Assembly: GCA_030704615.1 (NCBI GenBank)
Contig: CM060732.1
Span: 69,564,001 to 69,628,000, forward strand
Direction of reading: 5' to 3'
DNA: 64,000 bases
DNA from: Takakia lepidozioides
Lineage: Eukaryota; Plantae; Bryophyta
Shown here: piece after piece, positions 38,681 to 50,879 of the stretch
How the letters are laid out: every line of letters begins with the position of its first letter
Position numbering within the stretch: the stretch's first letter is position 1
Translations under genes and position numbers: made by a program
The notes under the pieces: generated by a model
What the model saw: only the letters and a program-made list of their open reading frames with translations
Told to the model about the DNA's origin: nothing
The model's database searches: none

Positions 38681-41600
38681 AATACCTCCAGTAGTGAGGA
38701 AGATGATGATAATGAAGATGGCAGTGATATGCCTGAAGATGAAGAGACTTGGAAAGATGAGAAGGAACTGCACAAGGAAGTGGCAGATACCATAAGGGAA
38801 ATGCAGAAGAGTACTGATATTCCTGTGGCAGATTCCTCTGATTCTGATGGAGAAGAAGAAGTGAGTGAGGATGAAAGGAAGAAAGAAGATGCAGACATGC
38901 AAAGTAATGAAGAGACTTTGGCTGAAGTAATATGCCAGACCAAAGCAGAGATTACCATTGGACAGCTATTGGCTGTGGCACCTTATTGTAGGCACAGGCT
39001 GTATCAAGCAATCAATCGAATTGCCCAGGAGACAGGAAACACAGACCTGAACAGCAAGGTGACCAGTTATAATGTGAAGCCGGAAGGGCGAGAAACAGTC
39101 ATGGACTTTGATGATTCTATGCCAGTAATCCAATTGAGAATTGGAAGCACAGAACTAACTGATGTACTGATAGATGGAGGTTCTGGAGTAAATATCATGA
39201 CAGACCAATTAAGAAAGAAGCTTGGTCTAAGTAACATGAAACCAGCCCCATTTACAGTAACAATGGCAGATCAAAGAAGTGTACAGCCATTGGGATTAAT
39301 AAGAGGAGTTAAGATACAGATACAGAAGATGATCTTTATGATCACAGTAACTGTGTTGAAGATGGATGAAGTCATGGAGGCTTACTCCTTATTATTGGGA
39401 CGTCCGTGGCTGAAACAGGCCAGGGTATTCCATGACTGGAATTCTCAGTTACTAACCGTGCATAATGGGATACACGAGATACAAATTACCACAAAGAAAT
39501 CTAGTAGATTACCTGCTACGAGAAGACCTCGAGGAGTCAGAGAGTATGACTGGAAAGGAGGACTGGATGAGGAGCAGGAAGCTACCCTATTTGCTGCACA
39601 CCCAGAGTGGGAGCAGGTTGCAGAGATGCGGCTGGAAAGCCTAAGTTGTTTAAGAGGTATCTGCTGTGGTGTAGTGACAGCAACACCAACTGAAGAGGAA
39701 ACCAGCAGTTACCCATCACATTTCTATGAAGAAAGAGAAGGAGAAATGGAAATCCTAGAGGAACCAGCCACTGTGAGCTTACAGGATGAAGTGGTGACTG
39801 GTTGGACAATCACAGCTGATGAGCAGGTGAGGGAAGTGAATGTGGGAACTAAAGAGGAACCGAGGATGGTGAAAGTAGGAGCTGATTTGGAGCCGGAATT
39901 CTTTGAAGAAGCTAAAAGCTTGTTCATCAAATACAGAGATGTATTTGCTTGGAGCTATGAGGATCTAAAAGGGATACCACCTGAAGTCTGTCAGCATAAG
40001 ATTGAACTGGAACCAGGGTCAGTACCAATCAAGCAGGCGAGGTACAGAATGAATCCCAACTACGCACAGAAGGTTGGAGAAGAGATCAAGAAGTTGGCTG
40101 AGGCTAAGTTTATATACCCAATAGAGTATACAACTTGGTTGTCACCCATTGTTATAGTTCCCAAGAAGAATGGTAAACTAAGAGTATGTGTGAACTACAA
40201 GAAGCTGAATGCTTGTACGAAGAAAGATCCTTTCCCTTTGCCATTCACAGAAGCAGTATTGGACACTGTGGCAGGCCATGAGATGTACTCATTCATGGAT
40301 GGCTTCAGTGGTTATAATCAAGTGCAAGTGGCAGAAGAAGATCAAGGAAAGACAGCTTTCATCACAGACTGGGGTGCTTATGCATACAAAGTCATGCCCT
40401 TTGGACTTTGTAATGCACCAGCAACCTTTCAGAGAGTATAAGTGAATCTTTTCATGAGTATCTGGATGATTTCATGCAGGTGTTCTTGGATGATTTCAGT
40501 GTGTACAGCTCTAAGAATGAGCACTTGCATAAATTGGAGTTATGTCTGGCCAGATGCAGGATGAGAGGTCTGGGCTTGAATCCAGAGAAGTGTACTTTCT
40601 GTGTGAACTCAGGGGTGCTTCTGGGACACATTGTGTGTAAGAAGGGACTTCTTGTGGATCCCAGGAAGACAGAGTCCATTAAAGCCTCTCCACCACCAGT
40701 GAATGTTAAGAGTTTAAGGAGATTCCTTGGGCAAACCAGTTATTACAGAAGATTTGTCAAAAGGTATGCACAAATAGCAGCACCATTGAGCAAGCTTCTG
40801 AAGAAAGATGCAGTGTTTGCCTGGACAGCTGAATGTCAACAGGCGTTTGAGGAACTTACACTGTCAGTAACAACTACACCTGTGCTGATTAACCCTCACT
40901 GGCATGTAGTATTTCATGTTCACTGCGATGCATCAGGAGAAGCGTTGGGAGCGGTGTTAGCCCAGAATGTTACAGGAAATATAGATTCACCTGTGTACTA
41001 TGCTAGCAGGTTGATGAACAGTGCTGAAAGGAACTATAGCACAACTGAAAGAGAAGCACTGGCAATGATTTATGCAGTCAAGAAATTCAGGCATTACCTA
41101 TTGGGAAGAAAGTTTATGTTTTATGTGGATCACCAGGCTCTGATATATCTGGTGAACAAACCTTTGATAAGTGGAAGGATAGCGAGGTGGTTAATAATCT
41201 TGCATGAGTTTGAGTTCGAAGGTTATTTACAAGCCTGGCCGTTTGCATCTTGTGGCAGATCATTTGTCACGACTAACAACAGGAGAGGCCGCCACAGGAG
41301 TGGACGATCAGTTACCTGATGCGAGTTTATTTGTAATGGAGGTGCAAGGAAGTGCAGATGAATGGTTAGATTGGCAGTGGCCAATCAGATACTACCTTAC
41401 TCATGGTCAATGCCCACCTAGTTATGGTAAGGAGCAGAGGAAGAGAATCGCTATCAAAGCTTTACCTTATACTATGGTAGGAAGCAGAATGTATAAGCTA
41501 GGACCTGATGGAGTACTAAAACGATGCTTGTACCACCATGAAGTAAATAAAGTTTTGGAGGAAGTTCATAAAGGAGTGGCTGGAGGTCATTTTGGAGAAG

Positions 41601-42734
41601 AGACTACCAGTAGAAAGATACTACTCGCAGGTTACTGGTGGCCTACTTTATTCAAAGATGTACACAAGTATTGTCAAAGTTGTGATGAATGTCAGAGGCT
41701 AGGACCTTTGCAGAGATCTGGAAGGATGGCCTTGCATCCTACAATGCCTACGGAACCATTTCAGAAATGGGGACTAGACTTTGTTGGACCAATTAACCCA
41801 CCAGCCAAGAATACACGGAACAGGTACATAATTACAGCAACTGATTATACTACGAAGTGGGTGGAAGCTAAAGCTTTGAGGGACAACACAGCCAAGTCCA
41901 CAGCAAGGTTCCTGTATGAGAACATACTTACACGATTTGGCTGTCCCTTAGAATTTATCAGTGATCAGGGAAGTCACTTCATTAATGAGACCATTGAATT
42001 ATTGACTAAAGAATTCATGATTGTGCATAGGAAGAGTACAACATATTACCCACAAGGGTAATGGACAGGCAGAGGCTACCAACAAAATACTATGTACTAT
42101 CTTGGCTAAGATAGTCAATGCAAACAGAACGGATTGGGATACAAAGCTGTTGACAGCTTTGTGGTCATACAGGACTTCATATAAAGTCACCACTAAGTAT
42201 ACACCATTCCAATTAGTTTATGGTATGGAAGCCTTACTTCCAGTGGAATTCCTGTTACCTACCATGAGAACGGAGTGGGGAAAGAGAATGGAATTGCAAG
42301 ATTCCATTAAGGTCAGGAAACATGAATTATACCAAGTGGAAGAAGTACGTGCTGATGCAGCTGATAATATGACCAGAATTTAGATGAAGAGGAAGGAACA
42401 GTTTGATGAAAACAAGTTAAAAACTTTTAAGACGGGAGATTTGGTTCTATGGTTGTAGAAGAAGGGAAAAATTAAAGCTTCTAAGCTTAAATCACCATGG
42501 AAAGGACCTTATGTCATACAAAAGATGTATGATAACAACACCGCCATGTTACAAACCATTAACAAAGAAATGCTGGGAAGAGTCAATGCCAATAAGTTAA
42601 AGGGATACAGTGGTATCCATGACAAACCATTGCAGCATGATTTGCATGTTGAAACGCAAGAGCAGTCACGGGCTGTGCCAGTGTTACCAACGGAGTATGG
42701 AGCACTTGTCGCTAGGCCAAGCATATATGACTAG
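38627..42734 (+). pseudogene. pol: pol: aspartic protease, reverse transcriptase, RNase H, integrase; disrupted
   Basis: VLIDGGSGVNIM; DGFSGYNQV, VFLDDFSVY; HCDASG, ERNYSTTEREALA; GGHFG..CQSCDEC, WGLDFVGP, SDQGSHF, NGQAE. Stops or frameshifts at ~40439, 41220, 42058, 42381, 42456. Confidence 0.95.
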
Positions 42735-42749
42735 GGCGGGCAGAACAAG

Positions 42750-43112
42750 CGTGACACAACCTATCACAGCCCATCAAGGCGAAACACAGTCTATCAGAGT
42801 CCATCACGACGTGACGCAGCCTTTCACAGCCCATCCAGGCGAAACACAGCCTATCACAGCCCATCAAGGCGAAACACAGCCTATCACAGCCCATCCAGGC
42901 GAAACACAGCCTATCACAGCCCATCAAGGCGAAACACAGCCTATCACAGCCCATCACAACGTGACACAGCCTATCACAGTCCAGCACGGCGCAACACAGC
43001 CTATCACAATCTACCACAGCGTGTCACAGCCTATCACAGCTTACTACAGTGCATCACAGCCTATCACAATGTACCACAGTATGACACAGCCTGTCACAAC
43101 TCAACACAGCCT
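42750..43112 (+). repeat. 30-bp tandem repeat (acacagcctatcacagcccatc(a/c)aggcgaa), ~12 units, downstream of pol
   Basis: Directly visible; shares the CACAGCC core with the LTR microsatellite. Confidence 0.92.
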
Positions 43113-46024
43113 ACTAGGATTACACGATCCATAGAATCAGTGACAGGTGGACGCACAATAACTTCAGGAAAATGGCCGACGGAAGAAAGGACGGAAACCA
43201 GTTAAAAAATAGACACGTGGAAGTCAGGGCGCGACACACAGCTGAGAAGGAAGTGCAAGAACAGGTGTCATCAAGAAAGATGACAAGAATGGCCGTCAAA
43301 GTACCTACTTAGCGCGTCAATTCGGATGAATGGCGGGCCCATTAATGAATACGGAAAAAGGGGAACGGAACAAACGGCAAGTACAGAAAAGCGAAATTCT
43401 TGTCACATGTGTGATCCTAGTGGACAATCCAGCAGGGAAAGTCCACTAAAGAAAATTAAATTTAAAATCCAGTCACAGCGGTTACAGCCAATCGAAAGCC
43501 AAAAAAAAGATCAAGAAATTAGAGGGAATTTAAGCGCAAGAGTCAGCGTCGTTCTAAGTAACGGGCGTCTCGACGGGACAGACCATCAATGCTATAGCTT
43601 TGAAGCTATGGAGGAACTAACAGACTATACGCTCGCAATATTACTTACGCAGTGGCATAGACACGAAAGAACAGAGCAGAGCTTTTCTCTTGATCGATGC
43701 TTGCAAGCCCCGCAGGCTTACAAGAAATTACCCATAGCTTTTTGTGGCAACCATACGTTTATGCTTTGTGCACTACAGGCATTTCTTCAATTGTTACAGC
43801 CAAAACATTTCTGTGGGTCTAGAATGAAGAGAATGAGAGGAATGGAGGAAATCAGGGTGAAGAGCACCACAATTCTGCAGAAACAAACGATTGCTACCCC
43901 ACAGGCGATACAGATAGTGAAGGAGCTGAGATTGCAATGATTGCAAAGCAAAAATTGGACATTGCACCATAGACAGTATATGTTACAATTCTTACAGAAC
44001 TTTGAGCCAAGGACATGAGCAACAACGGTGAAGGGAGTTGAATTAGTAATTACTCCCCTATACCTACAGCAATTGTTTCGATTGCCAGCAGGCCAGGTGC
44101 ATGTGGGGGAGCACAGGGCAAGACTGCAAATATGGGACTTATTCCAAGAAGGGAGTTTCTTTAAAACTCAGGGTTATGCTTGTACCAAGGCCGTGTACCC
44201 AGGGCTTAAGGAGGTAGGCCAGGTATTGAATGTTCTGTTTGCCATGAAACAGAACCAACAGTATTTGAGCAGATCCTTCACAGAGGAAATACTCAAAGCC
44301 CTGAGAGGAGAAGAGGTAGAATGGGCGGACATAATGTACAACGCACTGATAGAGGAGATGAAAAGATTACAGGGTACTGCCGCAAAGTCTCCTATCATAG
44401 TGTCTGGCCCAATCATTGCTCAAATAATTCTTGATTCTGGCATCTTTGATGCTCGAGAAAGAAACGAGATGAGAGTGTTTGAGCCAGAAACCACTGCAAT
44501 GGAAGAGCAAGGCTCTTCACACAGTGAAGGTGGAATGGCAGGGCAACACAAGAATAAGAGATAGAGGCGGGGAAAGACTGTAGTGGCGGATCCACTGGCT
44601 TCACGGAATCCGCATGATAATGTTTCCCAAGTTTTTGTGCAGGAAGGGGCACAGCAGCACAGAGAACTGCTATTACTAGAAGCAGGACCTTCAGAGAGGG
44701 AAGAGGAAGTTACTTTAGTATCATAGCCATCACAACCAGATGATCAGCTTGTCACAAGGTTACAAGTTGTCCATGCAGCTCAACCAGAAATAATTGATTT
44801 GGAAAAAGAAGGGTTAGATATTCCAACTACAGAACAAATAGTGGCAGAAATTGAGAAGGGGGACCTTCTCTATGAATATTCTGGTCTGGTCAAGGAGACA
44901 GAGATTCCAGAGGTGCAACAGTTGCCCAAGGGAAATCCTGAGGTGCATATAATACACACACCTGTGTCGGAGGTACCACAGGTAGAATGTCAAGACACTG
45001 CAGCACCGGTGATGGATGAAGTGGTTCAGGAAGAAAATCTGGTGGGACAATGGCCTGAGTGGTTTGTGAGACATCACACTGTTGAGGATCAGGGAGAACA
45101 ACAACAAGCTCACCATGATGACCCTCAACAGACAATGCTTATGAGTTCCATAGGCAGGACACTTAATTTGTTGGGGGGGGTTGCTATTCCATGAGCTCAT
45201 GAGCGGTGAGCTCATGAGCTCATGAGCGGGCATGGCTAACCCATGAGCCGCAAAGTAACACACTTCGAATTTCGGCAGATTTTTTTCGGGCCAAAAACTA
45301 TAAAATAATCAAAAATCGAAGATTTCCGCGCTCATGCTGGAAGTACTCCGCTCATGAGTACCAGTGTACGCTCATGACTTGGAGCCCAGGCTCATGGACC
45401 GCCAGGCCAGGTCATAGAATAACAGAATTCTGGGCAATAACGGCACCGAAATTATCCCAGAGGCAGAGACGCAAGCGGAATTAGGATCCGGGTTTGCAGA
45501 CTCCGAAAACGCAATGGCGACCTATAACCGTGGATAGTACTATTGCAGAAGTGCAGGATGGTTGGTTATAACGAGGCCGTAATTGGGAACAGGAAAAGAA
45601 ATAGCGCGCTGAAGGCTCGGGAGTGAAGCCAACAACGGTGAAAGTAATTGGGCTCTGCCAACCAAATACCCGGCTGCATCCTCCGGAATGCAGGCGATAA
45701 CGGCGCCGAAATGGGCCCCGGAAACCAAATACTCGGCTGAAGCCACCGGAGAGCAGCCGATAACGGCGCCGAAATTGGGTCCGGAAACCAAATACCCGGC
45801 TGAAGGCTGGGGATTGCAACCAATAACGGCGCCGAAATTGACCTGCGGAAACAAAATTCTCGGCTGAAGCTTCCGCACTCCATGTAATAACGGCGCCGAA
45901 ATTGGGCGTCGGAGAGCAAATACCCGCCTTACGGTGAGGGAGGCCTTGCTCTCATTTTGCTCTTCACTCTTCTCTGTTGTGCCCATGTCCTCCCTGCTTT
46001 GAGTTCGTGTTGTGTCGTGAGGCC

Positions 46025-46804
46025 ATGTCGTGCCCGAATCACATCTATCGACGCCAGACGGGAGTCATTTTCCCGAAAGCAGACGACATCATTGTCTTCC
46101 TGGATGTTTACAGGGAAGATCCTCGACTTGTCCAGCTGAGAGCAATGGAGTTTCTTCCAGGATTGCACGACTCTCCTGGACCCCGGCTGGGGAGCAGGTG
46201 GTTCCTACGCATCATGGACCTGGACTTTCCGCATGTGTGGGAGCCGAACAGATCACGCACAGCGTTGCTGTATCGCTGGAATTGTTGCGAGTGGACGTAT
46301 GATGAGTGCATAGGTGAAAACTTTACGCGTGGACGGACTGGCTCGGAAAGTGGGGACATTCTCTTCAGTTATGAGGATGAGGAGGAGGGGAACACAGGGC
46401 CCACTGTGAAAATGTCCTTCTACCAAGGGGGCGCTATCGATAAACACGACATCCTCGTTAGTTTCAACCGGGCGACAGAAACCACTGACATTTTGTTCAA
46501 ATATAGGCACCCGGTCACTCAGGAGGTCCTTGAGAGGCCAGTTCGAGTTCCTTCTTCTTGGGCGAGGGGACCATAGGTCTTGCATGCTAGAGTAGACATG
46601 TTTCAACTTGCTGACACTCATGGCACATACATTTTCATTCAGAAATCAAGCAGCTTCCCTGTGCCATATGGGGAATATACAGGCTTCGATAATCTTCTGT
46701 TAATGTTATTTGCAATTCACTGCCAGTATGCTGGGACGTGTCCTTTGTCGTATGGATTGCTGTTTGCACAAGGTGCAGTATGCAAATGCTGGAATGTGCA
46801 GTAG
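46025..46804 (+). CDS. MULE third ORF, unknown function (in-frame TAG at 46574-46576)
   Basis: About 183 aa plus an in-frame 75-aa Cys-containing extension; conserved in both copies; convergent with the transposase. Confidence 0.5.
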
Positions 46805-47032
46805 GACCCTTCCCACTGGGACACAGAACTAGCAATCTTGTAAAGGCATCACATTTGCAGAACAGTAACAATGTATTTGTAGCAAATTGGAGTCTTCTCA
46901 TAAAGGTGGACGAAATTCACATGTAGCCATGGCGATGCGGCACCACCAAGTGTATAATTCCTCACAAAAAAATAGGGTGCAAGAAGATGAATGTAATATA
47001 ATTGCCACTAACTCCTTCCCGAATGTGGAATG

Positions 47033-50000
47033 TCAAGCAGTCCGACCAGTATCCTGCCGTAGGGCCTTGTGCAGCTCGTTGAAACTCAGTGTTGGAGCAT
47101 GGATGAAGACGTCCACTGCGGATATGCAACTCATGCGCTTCATAAAAATGTAATAAAGGTGTTTGCAGGGGACGTATGCTGCATTCCTCGATTCCATAAC
47201 AAGGAAGTCCTCACAGTTACAAGCTGGGTACTGTGAAACCGTGATTGCATACACGACACTGCGCGCAGCAGACCCGGCTGTTGACAACTGAAATATGCGC
47301 CCCATCCCGGGGTGAGGAACATCCCTGCAACCTTGCACTATGCAGGGCATTGCAAGAGCGTTGGCCATCCTGGTGTCGTTCGCCTTTGTTGGTGGCCGCC
47401 GTCTTTTCAGTTTACCCCACCGATGGGTGGGCCAAGCTGCGGGGTCACCCACCGGTATGCGGGGCGAAGAGCTTCTCGTGGGAGGAGGATGACGATTGGG
47501 AATTGGATTTCGTGGAACGTCTGTCCTCTCCACCAGTCGAAACCCTGCACTTCCTAGAGCGTCTGCCTCCTCCAGGGTAAGATCTGTACCACTTGCCACA
47601 GGCCAGACTGCCGGTGGTTCAGGCATGCCTTGTACACCATACTTGGGCTTGCCGAACACACACGACATGATGTCGTGCCTGCAGAACCAAAACTCCTTCA
47701 GTGTGGCCTCCACAAACTTTGCGCACACAAATCTCCCTGTGAAGCAAGGGGCAGGCACACCGCCCTGCGGGCTCCTCCGAATCATCTCATTGCATCTCTG
47801 GTTGGTGTCGACACGAACAGCACAACATTTGCCACGAAATGTCGGACGGGTCCGTGCAATTCTCCACTGCGAGGCCGACACATCTCGCTCCACGATTGGA
47901 ATGTTGTATTGGGTAACGAAAACAGGAGCAGAATGCCCATCCTCGGCATGTTGTCCCGAGTCTGGCAGCGATTCCATGGATGCTGCAGGAGAGGGGGTAC
48001 GAGTCCTGCTTCGTGGAGGCGTGGGACGCAACATCGTTGCGCCCCGAGGTTGAGTGCGGATGTTCATATCTGATCTCCATGAATCCCCATCCCCTCCGGG
48101 CATGTCCTCAATTCTTCTCTTCACCGGCCGGCTGCGGACATCGCCCTCCAGGCAGTTCCCCCGACTGTGTAACGGCGTTGACCTTATAGTTTCCCGCAAT
48201 GCAGCAGTCCATTTTTTGGGATCGGTCGAACGATGCGCCGCCCTCATCAGCATCTCCTGCCTGTCTGGTCCGATACCCCATTGCTTTCCTCCCAGAAACT
48301 GGTAGTAATGAGATTGTTGCATGATGGCCCTCACAATATCTTCTGTTGTTGCTGTCAACATGTCAACGAGATGTGCTGCAGAGGAAGCACGCCAGGAAGA
48401 GTGCACCGATTCGGCCATGTTCGTCGTCGGCATATCCGTGTCATCCTCCAAGCTCATGTCCTGTTGAAGGAAATTAGATATGTCACTGATTGTGGAGAAT
48501 GTCCAAGCACAAAACAGAACAATTGTCAAGTACAGAAATGTGTTACCTGTCTCATGTAGTCTCCAAACTGGCGGAATCTATAATGCCACCACGCAAGCCA
48601 CGTTTGCAGTTCTGGCTGATCTTTCACATCCACTGCCCCTGAAGACACCCACCAGGCGCGTATGGTTGCAAACTCGGTCTCCGCCTCGTCGATGGAATTC
48701 GCATTTTTCCACGCTAGGCACATACTGATATGATCCTGCCGGTGGCGTGACGCCACGAACCTTTTCGTGTTTTGCGTCAAACTCTGCATGAAGTGGAACC
48801 CGCAAGATCTCTCCTTTCCTTCCATTGGAGTCTTTGGGTCGTCCCCATATACCCTCCTAACTGCAGCCCAGTTTGCCTGGGCATTGTCAGCCATGAAGCC
48901 CCTAAAATCGGGAGGGGGCAACTTGGCTCTCGCCATTTGCTCATTAATGCCGCGCCACATATGCAACTCCGAATCTGTGTCTTCTCCCTTCATTTCGCAG
49001 ATAGCAATGGTCATCAACTTTCTGCAATGTGGGTCGTATACATGTGCCCCCATTGTCACCCAATCGTGGTTGGTAATTCGCCGGATGTGGTCAAACATGA
49101 CCCAACAATTTGAGAGGTCTCCACTGGTCATCCGCTTCACCAAATCGACGCCGCTCCCCGGTCCGCACGTTGACATCTTAAATATGAAGCACCTGTCCAT
49201 CTCCGAGCCTTGACCAGGAAAGAAGCTGCCTTGGATGAAGTCGTAGCCGCATGTGCGTTTCACTTCCAAGATGGAGTGCATGTCTGATCCTCTTCCGATT
49301 CGTTTCTTGCAGCTGACAATGTGGTTCCTGACATTGGGGCTGCACACATGGGAGACAGCTTCCAGCAGGTCCTTCATGTCCCCCTCGCCCAGCTTCTCTC
49401 TTGTGCTTCCGTCCTCCGACATTATTCTGCCAATTGCAATCCTATGTGCCGATGCGAGCTGTATCTGCTTTGGTTTTGCACCCGGCCTCAACCTCACCTC
49501 CTCCTTGATAATATCCTGGGCTTGTTGAAAAGCGACTCTGCAATTGCCTCTGGCGAGGGGGTGCTCATGCTTTCCGATGTGAATGCATGCTCTGGTGCAC
49601 GCTGGGCCGACGGTCCCGACGTAGTACTGCTTGGCGTTGCACACTGCCATGCACGTAGGGGCTGCGTTGCAATGGGCACACTTGAACGTCCCTGCAGGAA
49701 CTCTACCTTGAGGCCAAAATGGGGTCGACGAATTGCCAATCCAGTCAGTCTCATTCCTGGTGCCTTTGCTAGTGTAATGGTAACATGTGCTCGAGAAACA
49801 TTTAAGATGCCCAGCACACAATACATATCTCACTCGAACTCCATCACCCAGGTTGGACGATGAAGTTTTGGTGACACACCAAGGGTGGCCGTCATGTTTC
49901 CTGTTCATTCCTGCGAGCATGCCGTCTGGGCCTGCGCCTGCCGGCACTGGAGGGAACTCGTAGATAGCATTCCCATCCACAACATCAGGCAAAAATTCCA

Positions 50001-50631
50001 CAGAATGGATTGGAGTTTTGTCGTAATCAAGCCTAAGAAGGTCACTGGAGCGGGAACCCGTTGTCTTCATCCTCCGCAATATGTCGATTACTGAGCGGAC
50101 GGAAGTTGAGTCGGACGGTGTATGCTGAACACTCCTAGTGACGGACGACTTCGAAACATACGATGGAAGGACCATACAGTCTTCATCGTCACTGGATAAG
50201 TCCTGGACGACTGTTTCCCTGTTTTCCTGGATTTCCCTTTTCACATGTTTGGGCTTCTCTGCTTGTGAAGAGGTGCCCACATCCTTCACATCTTGCACCC
50301 CAGACCCTCTTGTGGAAGGAGGATCAACCAAGTTCCAGCGTGGGAACTCTTTAGGCACGATTTCACCAATGGCACTGTACCGGATGGATTCAGAAGCTGG
50401 GAGCCGCCACTCTTTGCCTTTTCCGAAATCTGCATGCAGAATGACGGCACTTTCCAGAAAATTTCCATAAGCATCCTTCGTCTCCTCTTCCAAAAACACC
50501 GTTCCAGGGCGGAGCCCGAACTTCACACACAAGTACTGCTCAGTGACAATCGCAAATCCTTGGTCGCAGGGTATTTTAGCTTTCAGAGAATCAGGATGGA
50601 AGTACACGTTGACCCAAACACGGGAGTCCAT
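47033..50631 (-). CDS. MULE (MuDR-like) DDE transposase, ~1170 aa, with GCM/WRKY-like zinc domain and C-terminal SWIM finger; exons 48547-50631 and 47033-48460
   Basis: WVMFDH...FMADNAQA...CGFHF...TTNMAES (D, D, CxxH, E); SWIM CNCEDF..CKH. An 86-bp phase-0 GT..AG intron joins two open frames with no stops. Confidence 0.9.
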
Positions 50632-50879
50632 TTTGAAGACGGGACCTCTCGGTATGCTCCGCAGCGAAGTCCTGCAATGAGAAGAGTGTGTCCTACCTAA
50701 TAACACAAATGATTTTCTGGAGGATTCCGTATCCAACATGATGGGTGATCAGTGCACGTAAAGATGAAGGTGTGTAACGTACGTTAAAAAAACGGACGAA
50801 AACAGCAAGTTCACATCGGATATTTGGTGCCTGAATTGTAATGTACAACCACTTGGGGTACAATAAATCAGGCCTTCCC

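Noticed and set aside
38627-38795. Programmed gag-pol frameshift
   Set aside because: The element has many other lesions and no clear slippery heptamer; a 1-bp deletion near 38680 explains it equally well.
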